DNA from: Paraglomus brasilianum | Lineage: Eukaryota | Assembly: GCA_910592345.1 (NCBI GenBank) | Contig: CAJVPI010000102.1 | Span: 1 to 53,894, forward strand | Reading direction: 5' to 3' | DNA length: 53,894 nt | Part shown: positions 24,552 to 38,009 of the stretch, piece after piece | How the letters are laid out: each line of letters starts with the position of its first letter | Position numbering within the stretch: position 1 is the stretch's first letter | The notes under the pieces: model-generated | Told to the model about the DNA's origin: nothing | Seen by the model: only the letters and a program-made list of their open reading frames with translations | The model's database searches: none | Position numbers and translations under genes: made by a program

Positions 24552-24838
24552 ATGACTTCTCGATCAGAACTTACTCTTGTTGAACGTGGAGAAATAATTG
24601 GTGCATGGAAGTGTGGATTAAGTGAAGAGAAAATTTCAGTAGCTTTAAAAAGAGCCCTAAATACTGTCCATAAGTTATAGTGGAATATCGCGATCATCAA
24701 CAAGAAAAACCTCCTAATCGACCAGGAAGACCCAAAAAAATTACACCGAGAGATAGTCGTGCAATAAAAAGAGTTCTCCAAAAAAATAGAAAAACTAATC
24801 TTAAGGAAATAAATGAGAACTTTATAGCTTCAACATCC
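24552..24838 (+). pseudogene. Tc1-family transposase, N-terminal HTH fragment
   Basis: MTSRSELTLVERGEIIGAWKCGLSEEKISVAL...(frameshift)...RPGRPKKITPRDSRAIKRVLQKNRKTNLKEI, containing the GRP motif of Tc1 DNA-binding domains. Truncated at ~24838. Confidence 0.82.
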
Positions 24839-24981
24839 CTCTTCGAATGTCTTCAGCGCCGTCTTCGCATCTTCCAGCTCCTTCTCCGCCTTCGTCAATG
24901 TTTGTTCAACTTTTTCGACCGTCGTCGCCATTTCCTTTTTTTCGTTAAGGGAAGATGTGCTGCGCGATGTGATCTAATATA

Positions 24982-25469
24982 CACAGTAAAACTCGATATA
25001 GCGGAGGCTACGGTTTCGACCTTTTTCTCCGTTAAATCGAGTTTTCATGATATACTAATACCGGATATCATAGCAAACCATATATCAAGTAATCTGCGAT
25101 CTTCAATTAATATTTGTTTAGCTTAACTAAATTATGAATCTGATACAGATTGCTAATTGTTACCTGTTAAGCTTGGGTTATCATGTTTCATTTTGCATAA
25201 TTCTTTTTTTTTTGTATGCCGGATAAAGTAATTCGCTTTGGAAAGTTAGATTTATGTTCGTTCGATCTCATCGTTTGATTTCGTTGATCAGAGATATCCA
25301 TTATATTTTTGATAGAACTGGCATATAGTACTTTTTGGTTAGCATCCGTTATAGGCTTGTCGAGAGATTACCGGTATATCGGGACAATTTTTATAAGTGT
25401 TGGATTTGTTCCATGAAAAATCTCCGTACTAAGCGATATCCGTTATATCGAGGGTCCAGTTTCACTGTG
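24982..25469. mobile_element. pogo/Tigger-type MITE
   Basis: TA|CACAGTAAAACTCGATATAGCGGA ... TCCGTTATATCGAG(GGTCCAG)TTTCACTGTG|TA: terminal inverted repeats with a TA duplication and no transposase inside. Confidence 0.78.
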
Positions 25470-26627
25470 TACTAATACTAATACTGATCAGTGGCTTAAT
25501 CAATGACGTATTATAGGAACATTCGAGATCTTTTCAAAATTACTGCTATTGTTTCCATTGTACTCAGAGTGACCAATGATAATTGATGCACAGCAACGCG
25601 CATTTGTCTATTTGCAAGATTTTATTATAGAAACAGCACTAGTCGCTTACTTTCAACCACAACACAATAAATATCGTTAAATAAGTAAACTCACAGCCGA
25701 ACTAGAAAAAGATTAAAGAATTAAACAAAACATATCGAACAAATTACGCTTTGCGAAAAATGTTCACATTCACAAGCGAATTTTTCCTTGGAGTATTAAT
25801 TGGTTTTTATACATGTTAAAGCTCATTTTAACTCTATCTAAAGACAGGCGTGCAATAATAATAAATGAAGGAAATGTAGCTTCATATTAATGTTTTTTAT
25901 ATAGAGATAATCCTATATTAATCATGTTATGGTTTATATTCATCACATTCTGGTATGATAAAGTGAAGATTATAATATTAACAAGTCCATAAGTTATGAA
26001 TGAGCACCATTATTACATTTCAAACCATCATCAGTCACACTGGTCAATTTGACAGCCACATCACAATCACCTCTCATTTATGTCACATAATAAAATGTTC
26101 ACTTTGTCTGTTTTTGTTGCAGCATGCCCCATTTTATATTGCAAATTCTCTTTGCTCTAAAAATTTCTTAGCTGTCACAAATGCTTCTCTTCCCATCTTT
26201 ATGGAAATACTTGCTTCTTCTCCTTCACTTGAATTTTATTAAGTGGCTCCACAAAGAAAGAATTATTTTACTGAGCCACTCAGGAATTAACTTGGTCGGC
26301 CATCAATTTTTTATTTTAGTAGTTAACTTTGGAACGCCTGATTTATGCCCTGATGTTGGATTTGTGACTTGATTTGTTGTATTAGTATGCTGAATGTCGA
26401 ATTATGACTCATAACCAAATGAAGCAAATGATCGACAAATTCTGGCACAAATATTCATGACATAATTTATTGTGTAATACAGCATATAGTTACATTACTA
26501 CAGGATTGGGAAATTGGGATTGTGGAAAATTGGGTTATGATTTATTACAAGTGGGGGAGATATAACCGAATAGAAGCTGTAGGTTGCTAAGAAATGCATT
26601 GCAAATTTAATTGAGTTGTATACGAGG

Positions 26628-27142
26628 GGTCCATCGACTGGTCGCTTCGAAGCGTGGCGACGTATTGCCGTTTGATTGTTGTTGCCGTAGTTGGTGCTGT
26701 TGTTGTCGGTGTTGTCGGAGGGGGTATATTTTGTCGTGTATTTCTCTGACTTGAATGCCATAAAAAAAAACAACGACGTCCCATCATGGCACGGAAATAC
26801 GAGGGAAGCTAGGATCATCATATCGGCGTTTTCGAGAATTACGTTGTGAATCATCAGCTTCCATCGACTGGTCGTATCGAAGATTTAATGTTTGACCAGA
26901 CGATGGAAATCAAAACTACGAATCCCGGATAACTGCAAAATTAAAATTTTAACAATTGTCATTTCCATCATCACCAATAATATATATAATTAAATGTATT
27001 CATGTAGCATACCGATGCAGATCGTGAACAGCCATAAAAAAAACGACGTGCCATCATGGCACGGGAATACGAGGGATCCATCGACTGGTCGTATCGAAGA
27101 TTTAATGTTTGACCAGACGATGGAAATCCAAACTACAGATTC
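26628..27142 (+). repeat. Imperfect local direct repeat
   Basis: GCCATAAAAAAAA..CGACGT.CCATCATGGCACGG.AATACGAGGGA occurs at ~26758 and ~27031. TCCATCGACTGGTCG occurs three times. The block TCGAAGATTTAATGTTTGACCAGACGATGGAAATC occurs twice. Confidence 0.8.
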
Positions 27143-28204
27143 GGGGGAATAGAATTTTTAAAAATAAGCCAACGTATACTCATGCTAATAAGTACGTCAG
27201 ATTACGTAACTCACATTATATCGGAAAATAAACACAATCTTCCCGTTCGGTATATCAACTTATTTCGTTCTACCCTTAACTGATCCTAGTGTGGTGTAGA
27301 AGACCCATCTTTAGTGTTTTAGATGCGCTTCTTGCTAAAGACTTATAAATAGAACATGGCTCATAGAGCAACTCGTTCAGTTTCGCATTTATATGAGTGC
27401 CCTCTAAGGAATTCTCTAATTATATATCAGGAATACTGCATGCTTACCTTCGTTGTAATATATAAGTAAGATTCGTATCCACTACTCCTTTTTTACAGAC
27501 ATTCGACAACTTGGCAATGACAATACGGTAACTGTCAGACTGCCGCCTCTACAGCATCACGAAAAGGCTCTTTTCCACTCCTTATTTGGTTTAAACTACT
27601 GGAGTCGTGCAGCAAACTCGCAAGAGCGAAAGTGGGAATTATAAACTTGGACTTGTCGCCATAATGTTAAAGCTGTCCTCGGAGACCATATTATTCTGCG
27701 GCATTTGTTCCTACAAGTCCAGACGTTAACTATGTTTAGTACATTCGCCACTGTGAATATTGAAACCGCAGCAAGCGCTCAGCAGCCCGACAATTACTAA
27801 GCACTTGGAGGCAAATAGGGGAGGAAGAAGAGGGGTATACATTGCATTCCATATCATGGCGCCGCGCAGCAGGGTTTACCAAATAGTCCCCATTTGGCAC
27901 AATCGATTTGTCAACAATCAACTCGAGCAAAGCTGTCCTTTATATATTTCTCGGATATCCTAACCCTATTAACCGTTTATGGTAGACTAAACCCCCAAAT
28001 TTTCAGCCCCCTATTGAAATTTATTCATGCACAGATTCATAAACACCATCCAGAAACCCAATAAATTGCATATCTCCACTCTCACTTTCTCCAACACTTT
28101 CTCGTTGGAGATTCCTTTTGTACAAGCACTCAAAGTTCCTTAGTCTGTCCTTATATAGAATATAGACTTCACTAAACAAAGTTTCAGGAGATCTGACAGC
28201 TAAA

Positions 28205-31200
28205 ATGAACGGGTATCAGTTTGCCCACTCGTCAGCACCGATTAAGCGTGTTAAATATGTCCAATTCGGCATATTATCACCAGATGAGATTGTATGCTTC
28301 GTTCCTTGATTTGCGATTGTAGCTATAACATATGACTGGTTGTAAGAGATGTCCGTACGTTGACGGCTGGTCCTTGTGTTGAAAGGAAAAGGTGTAGGGA
28401 TCCCACCTCGGGAATATAATTAGTTGTGGAGATATACTATCGAGCACGATCCTTTTAGCACACAACGGACCAGCTGTATGCGCCGGACCTCTATTGCAAC
28501 ATCTGCTTTAGTCTTCTTGGATAGGAAAAAAAATTTTCTCTTTCTTTTTTAATTGCATATATTCTCATCGCACTACATTGCACTTTTTTTGATTATAGAA
28601 ATCTATGTCTGTTGCAATCATCGAACATCCGGAAACCATGGATGAAACTGGACACAAACCAAAAACAGGTGGTTTATTAGATCCACGAATGGGAACAATC
28701 GATCGTAATTTCAAATGCATGACATGTAATGAAGGCATGTCTGAGTGTCCTGGTCATTTCGGTCACATAGAACTGGCTAAGCCGGTATTTCATATTGGTA
28801 ATGTATCGGGACCCATTCCCAGTAAGCGATGCTTTTAAATCATGCTAACGGCTTTCTTAAACTCTCTCCCCTACAATAGGATTTCTTCCCAAAGTAAAGA
28901 AGATTCTCGAGTGCATATGCGTCGGCTGTTCTAAGCTCAAGACAGATGACGTGAGTTGCCTTCATTTGCATAGCTTACTTTCAAAGTATATGCAACCATA
29001 TCTCAATTGTCTCTTTTGTATTCTCCCACCCGATCCTTGCATTCCTTTAATAATAAAAAAATCGAATAAAAAAAATCAAAAAATTAAATTTGAAAACCGA
29101 TTATCACTACAAAAAAAAAACAAACAAAACAAAAACCAAACATTCACTGCTGCGTGTTCCCCTCGATACTCTTTTTAATTTAACATGATTGAATTGATGT
29201 AATTTTTCATGATTGTTATTGTAACAGTCGAATCCAAAATTTGTTCAAGCTCGCAAGATTCGCGATCCGAAAAGACGTCTTCGTGCGGTATGGGATATAT
29301 GTAAATCGAAGATGACTTGTGAGATCGGTGAAGAGCAAAATAATAATGAAGGGGACGACAAGGAGCTCGGAGAATTTGCTAGTCTCATGCCTCAGCAAAA
29401 GAACGTTGAGACGACAGATGAAGTCCTAGGATTGAAAAAAAAGAAACCGCATGGTGGATGTGGTGCACGTCAACCTATTATTCGAAAGGATGGCTTGAGA
29501 CTATTTGCTAACTATAAACCGAAGGATGATGTATGTGCTTAATCATTTGTGTATCTGTTACTTGTTATTACGCTTGTTAACACGCACGCGTATTAATTAA
29601 TATGGTATACATAGGGAGAACAAGGACAAGATACACGACAGCCTTTAACGCCTGCGCATGTCTATGAGATTTTCAAGAAAATTAGGCCACAAGATCTCGA
29701 GGCCATGGGCTTGAATGCCGAGTATGCACGTCCAGATTGGATGATAATCACGGTACTGCCTGTGCCTCCTCCACCCGTACGTCCAAGTATACAAATGGAT
29801 GGTGCTGGCCGTGGAGAAGATGATTTGACGCATAAATTAGCTGACATATTAAAAGCGAATCAGAATGTAAGACGCTGCGAATCTGAAGGGCAACCAGCAC
29901 ATGTCATAAGCGAATTTGAAACATTGCTACAGGTCAGTAATGTTGATGATGCTGTAGTAAATGTTGTTGCGCTTATTGTGGTGGCAATAACGAAATTGTA
30001 TGCGACAATGATGTCGTTTCGTTTTGTCTCATAATATATTTTCTTGAAGACTGTGAATGATTAAACCGTAATCTTGTATATCTATAGTTCCATTGTGCAA
30101 CTTACATGGATAACGAGATGGCCGGTCAACCTCAAGCTTTGCAGAAATCAGGTAGACCACTCAAATCGATTCGCGCACGGTTAAAAGGCAAAGAAGGCCG
30201 TCTTCGAGGAAACCTGATGGGTAAACGTGTTGATTTCTCAGCACGTACTGTTATCACGGGTGATCCCAATATTTCCGTTGATGAAGTTGGCGTGCCACGC
30301 AGTATAGCTCGTAACTTGACATATCCCGAGCTCGTCACTCGACTTAATATTGATCACTTACAAGAGCTTGTAAGAAACGGTCCATCAGAACACCCAGGTG
30401 CTAAATATGTCATTAGAGACACAGGGGAGCGTATTGATTTAAAGCATTACAAGCGTGCGGGTGAAGTGCGTTTGCAAATTGGATGGAAAGTAGAGCGTCA
30501 TATTGATGATGGTGACATTGTAATATTCAATCGACAACCTTCACTGCACAAAATGTCAATGATGGGTCATAGAGTAAGAGTAATGCCGTACTCTACTTTC
30601 CGGCTTAACTTGTCGGTCACCACACCTTATAATGCTGATTTTGATGGAGATGAGATGAATATGCATATACCACAATCTGTAGAAACAAAGGCCGAGATCA
30701 TGGAGATATGTATGGTACCAAAACAGATTGTCTCTCCGCAGTCAAATAAACCCGTTATGGGTATTGTTCAGGACACTTTATGTGCGATCCGCAAGTTTAC
30801 GAAAAGAGACTGCTTCTTGACTAGAGATTTAGTAATGAACATTCTCATGTGGGTGCCCGATTGGGATGGACGCATTCCAATACCTTGCATCTTGAAACCA
30901 GTACCGATGTGGACTGGTAAACAGATTTTGTCTATAATTATACCGAAAGGCATTAATTCAGATAATCTCAGACATTCAACGCATCCTGATAATGAGACGT
31001 CTGATATTTCACCTGGAGATACAAAAGTATTAATTGAAGATGGGGAGTTATTGAGCGGTATTGTCTGTAAGAAGACTGTTGGTACATCGCAACAAGGTTT
31101 AATACACGTAATTATGCAAGAATTGGGACCAGAGGCAGCCAAGAACTTCCTAAATGGATGCCAGGGTGTTGTCAACTATTGGTTGCTACAGAACGGTTTC

Positions 31201-34200
31201 AGTATTGGAATTGGCGATACTATTGCTGATAAGGATACTATCGAGTCAATTGCTTCTACAATTAGTAACGCCAAATCACGTGTGCAGGAAATAATCATAC
31301 AGGCACAGCAAGACAAGCTGGAACCGCAACCGGGTATGACTATTCGCAAGACTTTCGAAAACAAAGTCAACAAAGAACTTAACACGGCCCGTGATGCTGC
31401 TGGTCGTTATGCCGAGAAAAGTTTGGGAGAGTATAACAATGTCAAGCAGATGGTAATCTCCGGTTCTAAGGGTTCTTTTATCAACATCTCCCAAATGTCG
31501 GCTTGTGTGGGTCAACAAAACGTAGAGGGCAAGCGTATTCCATTTGGCTTTAAGTACAGAACATTACCTCACTTTACAAAAGATGATCACAGTCCAGAAA
31601 GCAGAGGCTTTGTCGAGAACTCTTATTTGCGTGGACTTACGCCGACAGAGTTCTTCTTCCACGCTATGGGTGGTCGTGAAGGTAATTACGATAAGGATGT
31701 TTCTTTACTAGTATTTTGCATCTACTAACCCATAATCATACAGGACTAATTGACACGGCTGTTAAAACTGCCGAGACTGGATATATTCAGCGTCGTCTGG
31801 TGAAAGCGTTAGAGGACGTAATGGTTAAGTATGATGGAACAGTGCGTAACTCTTTGGGCGATGTGATACAATTTTGTTATGGTGAAGATGGCACAGACGG
31901 ATGTTATGTTGAATCACAGACACTTGATTCCCTCCGACTAAGTGATGCAGATTTTGAGAAGAAATATTATGTCGATTTAAGGAAAGAACCGGATTTGAAT
32001 CCATCTCTTGTAGATCCTCGTATCTGGGATCGGATCAGTGACGATGGCTCAGACAAGTATCAGCAATATTTAGAACAAGAATACAGCAGGCTACTGGAGG
32101 ATCGAAAGATACTACGCGATTTTATCTTTCCGAATGGTGATAGCAAGTGGCCATTGCCCGTCAATATTAAACGTCTTATTAAAAATTCACAACAAACATT
32201 CAAAAGTCATTTACGCGGCGGTAGTGACATCGATCCAATAGAGGCAATAACAGATCTCAATAAACTTAGTGAGCGCCTAAAAGTTGTCAATGGTGAAGAT
32301 AAGATTAGCGTTGAAGCTCAGCGTAACTCGACATTATTATTCCAAATATTGCTCAGATCAACACTTGCCACCCGACGATTGATCGAAGAGTATCATCTCG
32401 ACACTCAGGCATTTAAATGGATTCTGGGCGAAATTGAAGAGAGATTCCAACGTTCGCTTGTTGCTCCTGGAGAAATGGTTGGTACGGTTGCAGCACAATC
32501 AATTGGTGAGCCAGCAACACAGATGACTCTGAACACTTTCCATTATGCCGGTGTATCCAGTAAGAACGTAACACTCGGTGTCCCCCGTCTAAAAGAAATT
32601 ATTAATGTAGCAAAGAATATCAAGACACCCTCAGTACATATTTATTTGGTTCCAGAATATGCTAAGGACATGGGTTGTGCAAAAGAAATACAAAGTGCTA
32701 TCGAATATACAACACTCAAAACCGTTACGCAGCGTACTGAGATTTGGTATGATCCGGACCCGAAAACCACTATAATAGAGGAAGACAAAGAATTCGTAGA
32801 CCTTTACTATGAAATGGAGAACGAGACTCAGGGTGGTGAAGAAGGCCAATTGGCAGCATCACTTTCACCTTGGTTATTGAGATTCGAATTGGACCACAGC
32901 GTGATGCTTGATAAGAAGTTGCCTATGGATGTTGTAGGCAACAAAATTCAAGAAAACTATAAGCGTGACGTACACGCCATTTGGAACGATGATAACGCGG
33001 AGAAAAAAGTCATTCGGTGCCGTATTATAAGCGAATCGGGAACTGTCAAGGAAGTTGATGAAGAGGGCGGAAGCATTGTTGAAGAAGACGTATTTCTTAA
33101 GCGTCTTGAGAGTAACATGTTATCTTCAATCGGTCTTCGCGGTATCAAAGGGATTGTTCGCGTATACCTGATGGAGAATAAAAACAGCCGAGTGTATATT
33201 AATGAAACAGGGAATATTTGCAGGGATGATGAGTGGACATTAGAAACTGATGGAACCAATTTAGCGGAAGTTTTGTGTGTGGATCATGTTGACCATAGGC
33301 GTACATGTTCGAATAATTGTGTTGAAATAATGACCGTCTTGGGTATCGAAGCCACTCGTGCTGCACTTCTTAAAGAGCTTCGAAGTGTTATCGAGTTTGA
33401 TGGTTCATATGTTAATTACCGCCATTTGGCGCTGCTTTGTGATGTAATGACTTCGCGGGGTCATCTAATGGCAATTACACGTCACGGAATCAACCGTGCA
33501 GAGACGGGTGCGCTAATGCGATGCTCATTCGAAGAGACTGTCGAAATTTTAATGGAGGCAGCTGCTGTTGGTGAAGTTGATGATTGTAAAGGAGTAGCAG
33601 AGAACATTATGTTAGGACAGGTTGCGCCTCTAGGTACTGGTGAATTCGATGTTTATCTTGACGAAGAGATGCTGAAAACGACAGCCATCCAGCAGCCTAT
33701 GCAGAATGCTACAGAACAGACGACTACATCGGACATGGAATATCGTCGTGCAATGGGTGCCATGACACCTGGTCATATGACACCTGGTAGGATGACATAT
33801 TCTGGAGCACAAACACCAATGTTTGCAGAAACGCCAAGCTATGGAGCTAGGTCACCAGGTTTGTATGGCGACTTTTCACAACCATTGCTGCCAGGGACTC
33901 CGATGTTCTCTCCACAGCGTGAAGGCGGCTCGGCAAGTCCTACTATGGTTGGCATTAATATGTCATGGACCGGGGCTGTCAGTCCATACGGAAGTAGTGG
34001 TACACCGGTATACGGTCATCCAACGTCACCGGGATATTCTCCAACATCGCCAACAGCGTATGCTCATTCTCCTTCTGGATTATCCCCAGCAAGTCCGGCA
34101 TACAGTCCAACAAGTCCGAGCTATTCACCAACTAGCCCATCACAATCATACGGTGCTGGTATATCTGGACTTGGTTTAGGGGCCAATGGAACGCATTCGA

Positions 34201-34790
34201 CGCCATCTTATTCAGTATCTAGTCCATCATATTCCCCCACAAGTCCATCATACTCTCCTACATCTCCGAGCTATTCGCCCACAAGTCCATCGTACTCCCC
34301 GACATCACCCAGTTATTCTCCAACATCTCCGAGCTATTCACCAACAAGTCCATCATATTCGCCGACATCACCCAGCTATTCTCCAACTAGTCCATCGTAT
34401 TCACCAACATCTCCTAGTTACTCACCAACTAGTCCTTCTTACTCACCAACCAGTCCAGCTTACTCGCCTACGTCTCCTCAATATTCTCCGACTTCACCAT
34501 CGTATTCGTAAGTAGCTTTTATATTACGTTGTCGAATCATTAATACTCTGTTTTTTCTAACCTTCTGGTGTTTCTATAAGACCTACTTCGCCCTTATATA
34601 CACCCACAGCCACATCGGCTTTCAGCCCATCGTCTCCGGCTGCGATGTCTCCATCGTTTACTCCGAAATCTCCTAGTTACAGGTCAGCAGAGGATTGAAT
34701 TTTGTAGTATAATTAATGTCTTGTGCTATTACTAATACATTCTTTGGTTTACGTTACAGTCCCACATCACCTTCCTATTCACCTCGATGA
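28205..34790 (+). CDS. RPB1: DNA-directed RNA polymerase II largest subunit, ~9 exons
   Basis: [34 protein letters not shown], catalytic [36 protein letters not shown] and YSPTSPS heptads. Stop TGA at 34788-34790 after two introns within the CTD. Confidence 0.99.
28339..28500 (+). other. Long stem-loop in RPB1 intron 1 (candidate structured RNA)
   Basis: 28339-28387 pairs with 28450-28500, e.g. CGGCTGGTCC/GGACCAGCTG, TGAAAGGA/TCCTTTTA and GTTGTAA/TTGCAAC. Confidence 0.65.
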
Positions 34791-35208
34791 ATAAGCAATC
34801 GATAAATGATAAAACTGATACAAATTGACAATAAATAGTATTTTTTAATGGATATCCATTTGGTGATTGTACTAATTTAGTACATCATATTCAAATGCCT
34901 TCCAAGCCAAAAAAAAAAATCAATGATATATTACTAATAAAGTTTCTGCACAAACTGGTCTCAAATAAGTCATCCAATCTTCTTATACTAAATTTAGGAT
35001 GATAATTTATGAGAATATTCACATGGTAAAAAATAAAATAAAAACAATCCAAATTCCTTGAAATGTACTCTTCAGGAGAGCAGTTGATACACACGTTTTT
35101 GGAAGCATTACATGTCACTACAATATTACAATGCAATTGCTTGTTCTCGCCGATTCGCTGTATGTCAATCTCACTACTAATATTGACCTGTCAGAGCTGC
35201 TCACTATC

Positions 35209-36126
35209 ATCAGAAATCACTTCATAAACTGTTGAATGTCTGCAACTACCAAATTCTCCGGTGAATGTGCCACCAACAACATACAATTCAGCGCTAATGT
35301 AAATATACCTCTCTCGTTACTTTGATTAACCCGCCCCTCAATAGTGTCCTCTTGATATCACTGGCATTGTATGTACGGGAGTATGGTTCTATCTGCTAAT
35401 AGTATGGGGAGTTGATTCTTATCATTCTCGTTGTACATGTAGGTTTTGATTGCGCACCGGCCATATTGTGTCTCGTCCATGTTGGTGATTCAAATTATTG
35501 TAATGAATGGGAAATGAACAGAGTTTTTCATGCACACCTGTAGGGAAATTTGTGTGTGTCTGCAGAGACGGTTCATAAAACGGTTAACCATGGATCAAAA
35601 GCTCTGGAGCTGTTTATAGCATCATCATACAATTGGTTTAATCGCGTTGATTCAATATCTAATGATTCTTCAGATGGACATGTTTTTATTTCAACAAAGC
35701 AGTGCTTATGCTCAGTGATTTGACTAAAGGCATTGTCTATATCGACGTAGAGCATCGTCGCTGTTATAGCATGGAATAGTCCCGTTTAAAGTGAAAGACA
35801 AAGATGATGACGAATCAATAGTTAAAGACTTTCTTCATGCTAAAGAATAATAATCTGATACGCTTTTTAATGCAACTCTTCACACCTGCACGAAAGAAAA
35901 TACAATCTCGGCAGCTGTATGTTACAAAAACGCGCGGGTCTTATAACGGGCTTGGAGTAAAAGCAGATACTATCCTGTTGGCAGCCCTGGCACAAGGTTT
36001 TGAGTGATGTGTACGATAATAATGATGCAAATGTATAGATTTTAGTGACATGACCAAAGGAACAGTGTTAATGATAGAAGAGACAAATTCCAGCGACCAT
36101 TTTAGTGTAAAGATATTGGCAGACAT
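35209..36126 (-). pseudogene. Possible degraded multi-exon gene of unknown family
   Basis: Protein-like minus-strand segments (MSANIFTLKWSLE..., GLFHAITATMLYVDIDNAF..., VCMKNSVHFPFITII*ITNMDETQYGRC...QC Q*YQEDT...) with splice-like signals and in-frame TGA stops. Confidence 0.3.
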
Positions 36127-37535
36127 CCTACGCCGCGTTCTAAATAATGGATGCGTCGAAACATTCTAAATTCTATTTTTTCACTTACTTAGGCAATTGA
36201 ACATTATTAACAAGTGAAATGAGCAAGTTAATAAATAGAAAAAGGAGTGAAAACCTAACTTAATTAGTACTGTTTACCAATATATCGATATTAAAATTCG
36301 GCTTATATCAGCAATATTAATATTAATAAAATGCAAAAAAGGGTGTTATTTTTTCCGAAACTTTAATGCTGAAGCAATCTATAAAATAACCTCTTGCCGC
36401 CTTTTGCTTTGTCGAGTAAATACTACAAACAGATTTTACGACCCACACTGAGTTGGTCTATAGAACCCTCTACTCTTGGACGGACTTGATATTGGCACAA
36501 TCCTTAAACAAATTAATCTTGAAGATAATCTTATTACCGTTTACTATTTTTTTATTAATCCAATGTCAGAGCATTTTGAAACGATGAATGCATAGAATAC
36601 AGTGCTGGACTCCTTATCTAGCGTGCAGTCGACCAATTAATTGACTCGAAAACACAGAATTTGAAGCATTCCGGTCGGATTCCTTTTACTCATTCCAGGT
36701 CGTGAAGAATTTTATCATGCGTTTGCCAAATTGTCATCTTTCTTTATACTAATTTTATCAAGCAAATCGTGTAATAACATCGAGTCAAAGAAAGTATTCC
36801 TATCGAGCAGTGTTTGCGCGCTAATTCGTAATGAATTTTCATACACTTATTACATTATTATTAAATGTAATCTTTAAAGATTACCGGCGACTTTACTTCT
36901 GTAATCCGATTTGTAAAAGGTTCTCTTTTCGGACTCGAATATGAAATGTAAATATTGCTTATCGTCGCCAGCAAAATGAACATTTATTTCACACATTTTA
37001 TGGGGGATATTCTACATGTATGCTACCACATCTTCTCTTATCGACCCATTTATAAACTGTTTCATACTTGTTTTCCGTGGAGATTGGGAACAGTCACTCT
37101 CAAATTTCCCATGATTACAGAAGAAAAAAGCTTTCGTATTATTTTTAACTATTAGACCTCTTACTCTGTTTGATTTGATCCAATTAGAGAATGTACTGTA
37201 CAACAGAAATAACCGTGGGAATGGTGCTATTATTGTGTATTATTAAAATGTATCAGGTGACATGTTCCGTATTATTGCAAGCATGCCCGATATAGCTTGA
37301 TGCCTTGTGTTATGATCTCGAAGCAGAGTAATAGATGCATATTTTCCTTAAAGTTACACCGCATTTGCGTGTGTTCGAATTTTACAACGCAACAACGAGG
37401 ATGTTTATTATTGGTGAAAAAGGGAGAAACAAGAGTCATTCACAGAGTACAGTTACAAATATAACAGCAAATTAATGTATTAGAAATTATATTCTAGCAT
37501 ATCAATCTAACGAGTCATCTAATCGCTCTCTAAGA

Positions 37536-38009
37536 TCACACGCTAAGCACCGGCCCGACGGCAATCAATTTTCCAACAGTCCGAAAGGTCGTAACCGAGA
37601 ACCTGTACGGCGCCATTATGAACAAGAACCATACTCCCATCAACTCAAGCACAAAGGCCAGGAAAAATCTCCAGATAACATCCAACCTCTGCTCGATAGA
37701 CGATTCCTCACGCAAACTGCTGCGTTTTGTTACTGTACGCCGAACCTTACGCTCAGATGGTGACGCTGATGGTGATGTCTTTTTGGGTTTTACGCTATTG
37801 ACAGCTGGTACGTTATCGGCGGCTATTGATTGAAAGCGATATGTTGGGGTTGGTTTATTGGGTCGAACTGGGAAAGATATCGAAAGATTGCGATTAGAGT
37901 TATTGTTCGAACGTGATGATTGCAACGATGGCGAGACGTTGTAAGTAAAGATTGGGGAGTCGTGACTTGATTGTGGTGGTTTTCGAGGATGGGTGACTTT
38001 CAGCGACAT
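37536..38009 (-). CDS. 157-aa S/P-rich protein with a C-terminal hydrophobic (putative transmembrane) segment, unknown function
   Basis: Open ORF with AAAATG start context. The N-terminus looks disordered and is followed by VIWRFFLAFVLELMGVWFLFIMAPY. Confidence 0.6.
   Translation of the reverse strand: MSLKVTHPRKPPQSSHDSPIFTYNVSPSLQSSRSNNNSNRNLSISFPVRPNKPTPTYRFQSIAADNVPAVNSVKPKKTSPSASPSERKVRRTVTKRSSLREESSIEQRLDVIWRFFLAFVLELMGVWFLFIMAPYRFSVTTFRTVGKLIAVGPVLSV

Noticed and set aside
26000..26400. Possible Mutator/FAR1-like remnant on the minus strand
   Set aside because: Too degenerate to assign; only CpG depletion and vague motifs.
35573..35755. MLYVDIDNAF resembling RAD51-paralog YID motifs
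   Set aside because: No Walker A or other RecA-fold motifs nearby.
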